Source: a bacterium (GTDB taxonomy: Bacteria > SZUA-182 > DTGQ01 > JAFGSM01). From it: DNA of 64,000 nucleotides. A model generated the notes under the pieces. The model searched no databases, was not told the origin of the DNA, and saw only the letters and a program-made list of their open reading frames with translations. Where the stretch lies: positions 77,608 through 141,607 of the forward strand of contig JBLIRO010000003.1 in the NCBI GenBank assembly GCA_049472335.1. Reading direction: 5' to 3'. Positions 30,184 through 40,370 of the stretch are shown here, one piece after another (positions within the stretch are counted from its first letter, which is position 1; each line of letters opens with the position of its first letter). The position numbers and the translations under genes are program-made.

Positions 30184-30552
30184 CTAGTTTTTTATTTTAT
30201 CAATAAGATTTCTGACCTCATCCTGCTTCCATGGCTTCTTTATATAGCCCTTTGCCCCCAATTCCAGTGCCTTTCTTATATCCTCATCCTTATCCTCTGT
30301 GCTTATTACTATTACAGGAATGTGATTGTATCCTTCACGTCTCATTGACATTAAAAATGAAATACCGTCCATTTTGGGCATGTTTATATCAGAGATTACC
30401 AGATCGATATCCCCCTCAATTGCAAGCTTATTCATAGCTTCAAGGCCATTTGACGCATAAATCAATTCACAATCCGGATATGAACCGAAAACCATCCTGT
30501 ACATCTTAGCCTGAAGAGCGGAATCCTCAACTATTAGAACTTTTTTAAGCAT
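30184..30552 (-). CDS. cheY: Single-domain response regulator, CheY-like
   Basis: VLIVEDS, SDINMPKMDG, ST, KP; start at 30552 after GGAGG. Confidence 0.88.
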   Translation of the reverse strand: MLKKVLIVEDSALQAKMYRMVFGSYPDCELIYASNGLEAMNKLAIEGDIDLVISDINMPKMDGISFLMSMRREGYNHIPVIVISTEDKDEDIRKALELGAKGYIKKPWKQDEVRNLIDKIKN

Positions 30553-32239
30553 GCTCAACCTCCGGTTTTTTGTCATACCACCCTTGTTGGCTGACCTTTT
30601 CCATAAGATCAGGAATATCCACAATCAAAACAACCCTTCCGTCACCCAATATGGTGGCGCCGGCAATCCCTGATGAATTGCCGATATAATCATCCAAAGC
30701 CTTGATTACAACCTCTTGCTGACCAATAAGCGAATCCGCCACAATTCCCATCTCTTTATTTCCGCTTTGGACAACAACCACATATTGACCACTACTGTCT
30801 TTATTTTGAGAAATCCCAAACAGATTTGAAAGTCTCCCCACAGGAAGTATTCTACCCCTTATGTTTGTGATTTCCCGGTTGTTAACAAGATGGAAGTCCT
30901 CATCCCTGACCCTAATGCTCTCGAGTACCGAAGTGAGCGGAATGGCGTATTGTTCCCCTGAAATTCCAACCATAAGCACAGTAATTATCGCCAGGGTTAA
31001 CGGAAGTTTTATGGTAAAAAGGGTCCCAGCATTTATTTTACTATCAACATCAATACTGCCATTGATTCTTGCCAGGCTTTTTTTAATAACATCCATGCCC
31101 ACTCCGCGTCCCGAGACCTCTGTAACATGTTCAGCGGTTGAGAAACCGGAGACAAAAATCAGATTTATAAGATCCTGATTCTCAGTGTCATTGTTTTTGA
31201 GTAAACCTTCCTCACTGGCCTTTTTTCTTAAAATTTCTTCATCAATACCGCGCCCATCATCCTCCACGCTAATAGTGATATGATTGGACTCCTGGTATGC
31301 CCTGATCTTTATTGTTCCATGTTGGGATTTTCCTAAAGCTTGTCGCTCTTGAGGATTTTCAATCCCATGATCAATGGCGTTACGTATCAAATGTATAAGG
31401 GGTTCACCTATCTCGTCGATGATTGTTTTATCCAGCTCGGTTTCCTCTCCTTCAAAAAAAAGGCTTATCTCCTTTCCTCTCTCCTTGGCTAAATCCCTTA
31501 CATAACGTGGAAAACGCATAAATACCTGTTTGATCGGAATCATTCTGACCTTCATGATGGCTTCGTGAAGCTCGGTAGCGATCTTACCGATCTGCTCAGA
31601 AGCGTTGGAGAGATCCGCCGCGACCCCTTTTTCTCCCAATTCCTCTCTGAAATGAGCATCGATCTGCCCCAACCGGGTCCTCTGGATAATAAGCTCTCCC
31701 ATAAGGTTCAAAAGATGATCCATCCTCTCAAAGTCCACCTTGAGCAGATTTGTTTTTTTTGCGAATGGATTAAATAATTCAATGTTTGAGGACACATTAA
31801 TGGTCCTAGTCCCGGACATCTGTGGATTTTTTTGATTAAGAAATCTTTCAAGACATTTAAGTTCTTCTTCCAAAAAAGGATCGAGGGTATTATCATCGGA
31901 AATCCCTGAAATTGCTCTTCTTATGGTGCTTACGCACCGCATTGAAAAGTCTATTAGCTCAGCATTAAGTTCAAAATCTCCTGATTGGACCGCCTTGAAT
32001 AAATCCTCCATCCTGTGGGAATACTTCTGAAGGCCGGAATAGCCCATCATTCCGGAGTTGCCTTTAAATGTATGAATACGACCAAGAATATCCTTTAAAA
32101 GATCCGGATCAGGAAAGTCACCTACACCCTGTTCAAGCTGCAAGAGAAGACCTTCAAATTCATCCAGGAATTCCTGCGCCTCTTCTATGAAATCCTTGAT
32201 TAAATCTTTTCTTTCGTCCAATTTCACTTTTTCAACCAT
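30545..32239 (-). CDS. cheA: Chemotaxis histidine kinase (compact, no evident P2 or receiver domain)
   Basis: HTFKG Hpt, HLIRNAIDHG, DDGRG, GRGVGMDV, LPLTL, CheW-like tail. Confidence 0.96.
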   Translation of the reverse strand: MVEKVKLDERKDLIKDFIEEAQEFLDEFEGLLLQLEQGVGDFPDPDLLKDILGRIHTFKGNSGMMGYSGLQKYSHRMEDLFKAVQSGDFELNAELIDFSMRCVSTIRRAISGISDDNTLDPFLEEELKCLERFLNQKNPQMSGTRTINVSSNIELFNPFAKKTNLLKVDFERMDHLLNLMGELIIQRTRLGQIDAHFREELGEKGVAADLSNASEQIGKIATELHEAIMKVRMIPIKQVFMRFPRYVRDLAKERGKEISLFFEGEETELDKTIIDEIGEPLIHLIRNAIDHGIENPQERQALGKSQHGTIKIRAYQESNHITISVEDDGRGIDEEILRKKASEEGLLKNNDTENQDLINLIFVSGFSTAEHVTEVSGRGVGMDVIKKSLARINGSIDVDSKINAGTLFTIKLPLTLAIITVLMVGISGEQYAIPLTSVLESIRVRDEDFHLVNNREITNIRGRILPVGRLSNLFGISQNKDSSGQYVVVVQSGNKEMGIVADSLIGQQEVVIKALDDYIGNSSGIAGATILGDGRVVLIVDIPDLMEKVSQQGWYDKKPEVEHA

Positions 32240-32480
32240 CCAATTTCAGTTCAGCACCCTCTCATCCCACATCAGTGATCCTGCTGGACGTTTTATTAAA
32301 TACGTTATAAGTTGTCTTTATATTAATTTCTATTCGGAAATTATTTTATTTCACTTCCGAAAAATATGCTGTTTTTTTAGTGTAGAAATATAAAAGTCAA
32401 TCGATGTTTTCCCGAAGATATATTATCTTATTTTTCAAGCAGTTATTATTAATCTAATCCTGTATGGCTACTTTTTCCAG

Positions 32481-32509
32481 TTGACGAAATCCCTTAATAT
32501 TGATATTTT
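32481..32509 (+). promoter_or_regulatory. Putative sigma-70 promoter for gcvT-glyA
   Basis: TTGACG-17 nt-TATTTT with an extended TG. Confidence 0.45.
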
Positions 32510-32591
32510 ATAACACCTATTGTTAAATGTTTATTTAATGTTTCGAATATAAAAAATACCTCGACAGGTGGAAGTAAAAAGGAGATTCTCC

Positions 32592-35243
32592 ATGAGTGAA
32601 CTAAGAAGAACCGTTTTTTTTGAAAAGCATAAATCATTAGGCGCCAATATCGTTGACTTTAACGGCTGGGAGATGCCCATTTTTTATCCCTCCGGAATCG
32701 TGAAAGAGCATTTGGCTACCCGCAAAAGGTCGGGGCTATTTGACGTGTCCCATATGGGACGATTCATTATTAAAGGGAAAGATTCATTAAAATATCTCCA
32801 ACATGTTCTGAGCAATAACGCAGAGGCCCTCGACATAAGAGAGACCGGCGCTCAATATACCTTTATTCCAAATGATACCGGCGGAGCCGTGGATGATTCA
32901 TATCTTTATCATTTCGTGGAGGATGAGTACCTGTTGGTTGTCAATGCCGCAAACCGGGAAAAAGACCTGAGACATTTGCGGAATTATTTAAAAGAATTTA
33001 ATGATATAGAGCTTACGGACCATACTGATGATATTGCCATGCTTTCACTCCAGGGGCCTGAAACACGCGCCCTATTGGAAGGAATTATCCAGTCCGGACT
33101 TTTCCCTGAGCCCATGAGAAATGCCGTAAGCACAGTTATCATTTCAGGCTGTAAAGTGAAGATTGCGCGAACAGGATACACAGGCGAGCCCATATGCTTT
33201 GAGCTCTTTATCGATAGCAAAGATGGTCCTATGCTGTGGGATCTGATCATGTCAAAAGGGGCAACTCCTGTTGGCCTCGGCGCCCGTGACACACTTCGGC
33301 TTGAAGCGGCCCTTCCTCTATATGGCCATGAACTGGGTGTAGATCCGGATGGAAAAGAAATCCCTATTATGGCTTGCCCTTTGGCCAGATTTGCGATCAG
33401 CTTGTCTCAGCTAAAAGGGGATTTTGTGGGCCGTGCCGCGCTGTCCAGGCAACACAAGGCCCTAGAAAAGATAATTTCGCGCGATTACTCCCTTGTCAGT
33501 GATCTGCCGAGAATGATTAAAAGTATCGCGGTCGCGGGAAGAGGAGTTGCCCGCGAAGGTGCAAAGGTTTACAAGGGAGAAAAACATATAGGCTATGTGA
33601 CCAGCGGCACAATGGTCCCCATGTGGAGTGTGGAGGGTGAAGGCTTACAATCTACTCAGACCGACAGGCAGCAGCTCCGCTCCATCTGTCTGGGGTATCT
33701 GGACAGCGACATCCTGGAAGATGAGAATATTAAGGTCGAGATTAGAGGAAAGGCAGTCAATGCCCTGGTGGTTCCTTATCATATGCGAAGCGAAGCCCCT
33801 CCCTATTCCCGCCCTATTATTTACGATTTCAAGCTAAAAGAAAAAGATCTCCCTGCCGGAGATATATCCTCAAGAGCCCGAAGGCTATTGGAAAAGACCG
33901 TGGAAAACACAACCTGGCGCCAAAAGGAATGCGTAAACCTTATTCCTTCGGAAATGACATTATCTTCAATGGCACGTTTACTCTCCGTCATGGACCCTGC
34001 TTTTCGTTATGCAGAGCACAAGGAATCCAAGGCATTCTATGATGCCGACATCTTCTACTATCAGGGAACAGGCTTTATAGGTGAAGTGGAGCGAATCCTG
34101 GCGGAAGAGATAAAAAAATTCATGGGATGCGCCGAGGTGGAATTGCGTCTAATAAGCGGACAGATGGCTAATACCGCGGTTTTCAGCGCAATGGTGGATT
34201 ATATTAATCGTGCAGACCGAAAATCAGAACCCCGCAGGATACGTCAGGTCATGAATAATCATATAGGCAAGGGCGGCCATCTGAGCGCTCAGCCTATGGG
34301 TGCGCTTAAGGATTATGTTGCCAGAGACCCTCATACGGAACGGCCGGCTGTGGTAAATTTCCCAGTACTCCCTGACAATCCTTATAAAATAGATGTTCCG
34401 GCCACTTTGAAACTGATCGATGAATACCGGCCTGAGCTTGTTATCTTTGGGAAAAGCATGGTCCTTCATAAGGAGCCTGTCACAGAGATCCGCAGATTTA
34501 TAGATTCACACAATATCAATGCCGTTGTAATGTATGACATGGCTCACGTGCTTGGGCTCATTGGCCCTCATTTCCAGCGACCCTTTGCGGAAGGGGCCGA
34601 TATAGTAACCGGATCGACTCATAAAACCTTTTTCGGCACCCAGCGCGGAGTCGTGGGAAGTAATTTTCAAGAGGAAGAAGAGCGGTATGATCTATGGGAA
34701 GCGCTAACTCGAAGGGCATTTCCGGGATCCGTATCCAACCACCATTTAGGAACGCTACTGGGATTACTTATGGCAACATACGAAATGAATCACTTCAAGG
34801 ATGAATATCAGTCGAAGGTTATTGAAAACGCCAAGGCATTCGCCCTTGCACTTAAAGACTCCGGTCTTGATGTGGCAGGCGACCCAAATATCAGTTTTAC
34901 GGAAACCCATCAGGTAGTGGTGGATGTGGGTTACAACCATGGACCTGAAATTGCCGACAGGCTCGAGGCCAACAATATTATCTGTAACTACCAGGCAGCC
35001 CCTGACGAAGAAAGCTTTACCGCTTCAGGAGCCTTGCGAATGGGAGTATCTGAGATGACAAGGTTCGGCATGGAAAAAGAGGATTTTCGGACACTGGCCG
35101 ATTTGATACACGATGTTATTGTCAATAATACAGATGTCACTGAAAAGGTCAAGGCGTTTAGAAAAAGATTCCTGGAACTCCGGTTCTGTTTCAAAACGGA
35201 AGAATATGAGGATCTTATCCAGAAACTGCATGGACTTATATAA
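32592..35243 (+). CDS. gcvT-glyA: Fusion of aminomethyltransferase GcvT and serine hydroxymethyltransferase
   Basis: GWEMP, LFDVSHMG, RTGYTGE, GLGARDTLRLEA (GcvT); NLIPSE, GGHLS, DMAH, STHKT (SHMT PLP lysine); ATG 32592 after AAGGAG. Confidence 0.95.
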   Translation: MSELRRTVFFEKHKSLGANIVDFNGWEMPIFYPSGIVKEHLATRKRSGLFDVSHMGRFIIKGKDSLKYLQHVLSNNAEALDIRETGAQYTFIPNDTGGAVDDSYLYHFVEDEYLLVVNAANREKDLRHLRNYLKEFNDIELTDHTDDIAMLSLQGPETRALLEGIIQSGLFPEPMRNAVSTVIISGCKVKIARTGYTGEPICFELFIDSKDGPMLWDLIMSKGATPVGLGARDTLRLEAALPLYGHELGVDPDGKEIPIMACPLARFAISLSQLKGDFVGRAALSRQHKALEKIISRDYSLVSDLPRMIKSIAVAGRGVAREGAKVYKGEKHIGYVTSGTMVPMWSVEGEGLQSTQTDRQQLRSICLGYLDSDILEDENIKVEIRGKAVNALVVPYHMRSEAPPYSRPIIYDFKLKEKDLPAGDISSRARRLLEKTVENTTWRQKECVNLIPSEMTLSSMARLLSVMDPAFRYAEHKESKAFYDADIFYYQGTGFIGEVERILAEEIKKFMGCAEVELRLISGQMANTAVFSAMVDYINRADRKSEPRRIRQVMNNHIGKGGHLSAQPMGALKDYVARDPHTERPAVVNFPVLPDNPYKIDVPATLKLIDEYRPELVIFGKSMVLHKEPVTEIRRFIDSHNINAVVMYDMAHVLGLIGPHFQRPFAEGADIVTGSTHKTFFGTQRGVVGSNFQEEEERYDLWEALTRRAFPGSVSNHHLGTLLGLLMATYEMNHFKDEYQSKVIENAKAFALALKDSGLDVAGDPNISFTETHQVVVDVGYNHGPEIADRLEANNIICNYQAAPDEESFTASGALRMGVSEMTRFGMEKEDFRTLADLIHDVIVNNTDVTEKVKAFRKRFLELRFCFKTEEYEDLIQKLHGLI

Positions 35244-35250
35244 GAAAATA

Positions 35251-37752
35251 TTATACTATTTTCGGCTCCGGGAGCTTTAACTCTGTCAGGATTGCCCCTA
35301 TTGCCGAAAAAATCGTAAAAAGAAAGATCCTCCAGACGCCGCTGATCACGATATCAGATGCTCCGAGTATTCCCCCATAACCCAGGAATGCCGATATAGC
35401 CGTGTAAAAGACGCCCATGACAACACCACATAAAGCGGCTCCGATTATACGCTTGCTCAGATGTGCTCCACCCGAGCCCAAAGTAGCTATGGAGCCACAA
35501 ATAAAAGGCAAAAGCATGGAAAGCCACCAAACTTCATTCAGTCCGGGAAGTTTCCCGAAGCTTGCCAGATAAACAAAATCAACAATCCCAAATATCCCTG
35601 CCCCGATAATTGAACATAAGATAATATGCCAATAACGGGGCTGTATTGAAGTACGTATTTCGGCCCGGGTCCTCATCCTGCGCCTTATAGTAAGGGGCCA
35701 GTTGTAAAACAGACAAAATACTCCGTGTTCGAGTAACGCGCCTCTCTCACCAAAGACAGGGACAATATGTACCGCTTCTGTGGCCCAATGTGCAGCCATA
35801 AAGCGGGCTATGGTCGGATATCGGTATGTCATCTGGATAGGAAATGCCAGGTAACCCACATATTTAAAAAATCCGAGAAAGACCGCAATATTATAATCCC
35901 TGAAATTCCTCTCACTTATCACAAGGTAAAGAACGTATAATCCCCTCACCAGGGAACCGGGTGAAATGGGAACAACCTGAAATAGCGCAATAATCCCCAA
36001 GCCTACTCCCCAGGATTGCGCCCTGGGCATTTCAGGATGCATTAAAACATAGATAATTGCAATCATGACTGAAACGATTTGAGTAACCGGTAAAGTACAT
36101 ACATGTACCGCGAGACTTTTGAGATATTTTTGTATAAAAGGCTCATCCACCTTGGAAAGGATAATCTCTTCATCATCATTGCTGAGAAGATGTTTTTTCC
36201 TGCCCTCGGCTACCATCTCACGAAGCCATTCTTCCCGAAGCTCGGCATTAAAATACAGCCGTACTGGCCTTACGGTAAAGTAGATAATCCTGTCCCTGGC
36301 ATATTGCGGGTCTGTTAAAAATCTATGCAATCCAACAGGCAAAATGGATAATGGCAGATGGAGAGAGAATCTCCAAATACTCTCCGACACCTTTATTGCG
36401 TTCCTCTCGTCTATCCTTCCGGCCCTGAGCCAGCCGATGCACATTTCAGCAATCTTCGCTTTTAATGTTCTGCGAAGATATTTATAATTCGTCATAATCC
36501 CTAAATAATGCCTTCGCCAATTTTCGTGCCCCCAAATCCTCCTTAAAAACCTTCCAATTAAAGGGATGAAGCCGATAACTAAAAAAAGCAGGATTAATGA
36601 TTTATTGTCTTTAAGTTTCTCTTGCCCTGTTTCATCTACAAGATTCCTTATCTTCCAAACGGTCACAGCGCTGCCAAGCATTGTGGACCATAAACGTGAA
36701 CTGTACAGAAGACGAAAATGGTTGTGAGTAATGTCCGGAACGGAGTCTCTGTAAGCCATTTCATTTTGTTTTAATTCCTCGAGCAATGGCTGCATGTCAG
36801 TAAATTCATCGCTATGCTTATTTACAAACTGTTCCAGCTTGTCAACATCTCCCCTGTCAAACTGAACAAGGCTCCCGCGACAGATCCCTTCAGCTATCAG
36901 CTTGAAATCTCCGGGGCTCATGGGCAAAAATGGTAAAAGGGCAAGCCCTGCGCGAAAATCAACAGCCACTAAACCATCGGAAGCAGATCCCTCATTGTTC
37001 TTTCTTTTCAAGCAGTTTGGCTGACTTTTACAGGTATACCATTCATACTGCCTGGCAAACTCGTGACACCCCATATTATGTAACAGATCAACAAATTTAT
37101 ACATAAAACTATGCTTTGCTCGATATTCCGGCGAGCCAAGATCCTTGTCATCCAGATCTTTACCTTTGCGCCATCGGCTCAGCAAATCCACATGATCATC
37201 CACTTCCAATCGCCATGTTCGCCCGTCTATCCACTCGCTTAGCTCCCCGCAGCTACCCAGTGCGCTATCTATAAAGGTTGCGTATATATCTACCACTGTG
37301 GTTTCGTCACCAAAACAGATTTTTGCCCCCCGCCGGATAAACTTCTGCCAAAGCGCACCTGCTCTGGCAGCAATGGGATTTACCTGGAGCTGAAATGGGC
37401 CCTGAAAACCGATCCAGTAAAGGGTATTGCGAAATAGTCTTGAAAAGGCAGTAGGTGGAATAAGGATCTTCATTGCATAAACGCCGCCTTCTCTTAGCCC
37501 TGGCATGGAATCTGACTCAGTTTCAATATCAAGAAGTATAACCCGGTAAACCTGCCCGGCAAAGCCCCCACCGATAAATTTATCGATAACCAAACATACC
37601 TTTCCTCGATTCCCGCAAATCAGGTCAGTAATCTCATAATTTAATCTGTCTCCAGCCTCATAGCGACTGACAGACATGGGTCTATATAGTTGGGCGTCAA
37701 GTAACTTCTTTTCCAGCTCCCTATAAACCTCTGGAGAGTATCCTGTTTGCAT
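35251..37752 (-). CDS. Membrane protein with an N-terminal protein-kinase-like domain
   Basis: IGGGFAGQVY, YAMK, SEWIDG, QPN, VDFRAG; several hydrophobic segments in the C-terminal half. Confidence 0.6.
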   Translation of the reverse strand: MQTGYSPEVYRELEKKLLDAQLYRPMSVSRYEAGDRLNYEITDLICGNRGKVCLVIDKFIGGGFAGQVYRVILLDIETESDSMPGLREGGVYAMKILIPPTAFSRLFRNTLYWIGFQGPFQLQVNPIAARAGALWQKFIRRGAKICFGDETTVVDIYATFIDSALGSCGELSEWIDGRTWRLEVDDHVDLLSRWRKGKDLDDKDLGSPEYRAKHSFMYKFVDLLHNMGCHEFARQYEWYTCKSQPNCLKRKNNEGSASDGLVAVDFRAGLALLPFLPMSPGDFKLIAEGICRGSLVQFDRGDVDKLEQFVNKHSDEFTDMQPLLEELKQNEMAYRDSVPDITHNHFRLLYSSRLWSTMLGSAVTVWKIRNLVDETGQEKLKDNKSLILLFLVIGFIPLIGRFLRRIWGHENWRRHYLGIMTNYKYLRRTLKAKIAEMCIGWLRAGRIDERNAIKVSESIWRFSLHLPLSILPVGLHRFLTDPQYARDRIIYFTVRPVRLYFNAELREEWLREMVAEGRKKHLLSNDDEEIILSKVDEPFIQKYLKSLAVHVCTLPVTQIVSVMIAIIYVLMHPEMPRAQSWGVGLGIIALFQVVPISPGSLVRGLYVLYLVISERNFRDYNIAVFLGFFKYVGYLAFPIQMTYRYPTIARFMAAHWATEAVHIVPVFGERGALLEHGVFCLFYNWPLTIRRRMRTRAEIRTSIQPRYWHIILCSIIGAGIFGIVDFVYLASFGKLPGLNEVWWLSMLLPFICGSIATLGSGGAHLSKRIIGAALCGVVMGVFYTAISAFLGYGGILGASDIVISGVWRIFLFTIFSAIGAILTELKLPEPKIV

Positions 37753-38008
37753 TCTTCCTTCCCGATAATTTCCTGATGTTCTTCAAGGCTTCTTTTCGGA
37801 CAAAGACTTAATCCGGCCTGATCTCTTTGAAGCAACTAATTGTCAGCAATTTCTATTGAATCAATCAAGATTTAAAAATGAGTTAATTTGACATGGAAAA
37901 TACCAGTTTGTCAAGTGACGGATAAATAGTGACAGATATATAAAACATATGAATAAGAATTAGTTGATGCTTAAATTTCCTGAATTTCATTTATAAAACG
38001 GATCTGAT

Positions 38009-38043
38009 AAAAATGGGAAGCGGCGCATAGCGCCGCTTCCCAT
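38009..38043 (-). terminator. Intrinsic terminator downstream of the 38225-39823 gene
   Basis: ATGGGAAGCGGCGC-ATA-GCGCCGCTTCCCAT 14-bp stem with a T run on the minus strand. Confidence 0.8.
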
Positions 38044-38224
38044 AATATCATCAAGCATTCTTTACTAAATTAATACAGAACCCTTTTTTGAATATATCAT
38101 TTCATAATTATCGGAAAGGAGTGTCCACTGGGGTTGATCCCTATTTTTATATTGTTTACACCGCAACTTTGCCCTATAGCGGTCATATTTAACCCCAGAA
38201 TTCATCCTGAGGCCCCGGATTAAA

Positions 38225-39823
38225 TCATATTACGTAAGAACTCTCCCGGAGTCTGCTTAAAGGCCCTATAGCTTCAACAGTCAGATTACATTGATCAACC
38301 ACTTCCTTCAGCAGTATCCAAAATCCTTTACCGGGATCCATCGCCTCTGTTGGAAATACCCTTTTATATCCCTCTCCTCTGACGAACCTGTAAATAACTC
38401 CTATGTCACAATTGTCAGTTGAGGGCCTGGCACCGGTAGTACATCCGCCTATCATCTCCCAACCCGAACCATCTACCATTTTACTATAGGAATTTATAGG
38501 CTGGCCGATGAGCCTATAATTCTGATCCTCATAAACCAGCGCCCAGTAACCGGCACCGATCTGCAGATCTTCACTCGGCTGTACACGCACATAGCCAAGT
38601 TTTCTTTCAAACTTATAAACAACAGCAGCTCCGGGAAATACTGAAGAGAGTCTGGCGTCAAGAGGCACCACAGGAAGCGATATCATGCTCCAGCCCGCAG
38701 GCAGATTCATTTCAAACTCCATGTCTTTTGACCAGACTATGTAATAAGTGAATGTGCATATGATGTCACTGACACATTGCCCGTCTTCTTCTTTTGTCTG
38801 ATACTGGCTGATCTGGGACATGTCTGGAACAAGCATAGTCCGGTTGCCTTGCTCATCTTCTGAATATAGTCTGAAATAGCCGGTGTTTGGATCCGGAGGA
38901 CAAAAATCATTTGGATTCCAGCTCAATACCGGGAAAAAGCCAGGATAGTTGGGATCTGAGGCGCCATCAAATTTGGAATTTGCTACTGTAACGATCAATT
39001 CCCATTCCTGTTCACCGAGACCTTGCTCCCTGATATATTCTGTAAGATTTTCATCCCCGTCCCGGATATTCAAAACAACGGTAGAATCCGGCGGGGGAAA
39101 AGGCGGGCTTTCAATTTTACTTTCAGAGTAGCCTATACCGATAAAGACCCTGCTCATATTGTTCTCATTACCGGTTATGATCTGGCCAGTTGCGGTGATT
39201 TCCGCAGTGAATATACAGACCTTCGGCCTGGACCATGCTATATAATAAACGAAAGAACAGTATGATTGGGTCGTGCTGCATTCCTGAGCGTCTTCTTTTT
39301 TTGTCTGATAGTGAGAGGTTTGAGACATGTCCGGAATAAGCAGAGTTAAATCACCCATTTCATCTTCAGAATATAATTTTAGAGAATAGCCGGTATCCGG
39401 GTCCATAGGGCAAATTGTACTAGCATCCCAATTTAACTCCGGGTAGAATCCTGGCAGGTTTATATCGGCAGTGCCCCCGAATATCGGACCACTCACCAGG
39501 ATCTCTACCCTCCACACTTCCTCCTCAAATCCTGGCTCCCTGATATCTTCGAAATATTTATCATCTCCAACACCTTTAATCCACATTGCCACAGTAAAAT
39601 CAGGGGGTGGGCTCGGAGGATATGGATAATTATAACTTTCTGAATCAATCCCTATAAAGATATTGCTTATATCACCACCTTGCCCTGTGGCAACAATTTC
39701 TGTAATAAATAAACAATCATTCCCATCAGGTAGAATCGTGTCATATTGGGCCATGGCTTCGATAACAAAAAAACAAAAAAATAACGAAAGTGATAAAATA
39801 ACAACAAAAGCCTTCTTTTTCAT
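38225..39823 (-). CDS. Secreted protein with two tandem ~160-aa repeats and a C-terminal GWSMISLP domain
   Basis: Signal peptide AMA-Q; duplicated F.TEI.ATGQ...PPPD.TV...LYSEDE.G...PDMSQ.S.YQTK.ED...YYI.WS. Confidence 0.8.
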   Translation of the reverse strand: MKKKAFVVILSLSLFFCFFVIEAMAQYDTILPDGNDCLFITEIVATGQGGDISNIFIGIDSESYNYPYPPSPPPDFTVAMWIKGVGDDKYFEDIREPGFEEEVWRVEILVSGPIFGGTADINLPGFYPELNWDASTICPMDPDTGYSLKLYSEDEMGDLTLLIPDMSQTSHYQTKKEDAQECSTTQSYCSFVYYIAWSRPKVCIFTAEITATGQIITGNENNMSRVFIGIGYSESKIESPPFPPPDSTVVLNIRDGDENLTEYIREQGLGEQEWELIVTVANSKFDGASDPNYPGFFPVLSWNPNDFCPPDPNTGYFRLYSEDEQGNRTMLVPDMSQISQYQTKEEDGQCVSDIICTFTYYIVWSKDMEFEMNLPAGWSMISLPVVPLDARLSSVFPGAAVVYKFERKLGYVRVQPSEDLQIGAGYWALVYEDQNYRLIGQPINSYSKMVDGSGWEMIGGCTTGARPSTDNCDIGVIYRFVRGEGYKRVFPTEAMDPGKGFWILLKEVVDQCNLTVEAIGPLSRLRESSYVI

Positions 39824-40370
39824 TTAATTCCCCTTTCTACAAATGAAATATGAAAGATTTTGATTTTAAATTAAACCTCCCCCCCCTTTCTTACCATACT
39901 TATTATGTATATTGATAAGGAAAATCCGTATGCGCTATATAAACATTCAGTCAAACATTCTGGGACTTTTATAAATATATATGATTTTGACTATGAATTT
40001 TTTTACGAATGTAATCTATAAAACCTAAAGAGAAGAAAAATTGTAAAATTAATTTTCAGCAAAATTGATTTCTTTATAATGATTCAAAACGCTCTAGTTT
40101 CAAGTCTAGAAGAACAGGATATACTTTGATAATACTTAAAAAAAATTTTTATTTAATTAATATCCTTCTGAAAATCTCTTTCTATACAAAATAATTATAT
40201 TAAAATCATCTTCTCTTGTCAATTGTTATTATATTCCGATATTTTAAAATCTCTTTTTTTACAGCATGTTACATAGACTTGATTATATGTACATTTCGTA
40301 AAAGAAACGGCTAGAAAAAGATGTCGCCCATGATGCAATCTCAGTCAGTAGAAACATCTTTTCCTTGAGC

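Noticed and set aside
32240..32591. Glycine riboswitch upstream of gcvT (also checked upstream of gcvH)
   Set aside because: No recognisable glycine aptamer core; the regions are AT-rich or occupied by the hicB relic.
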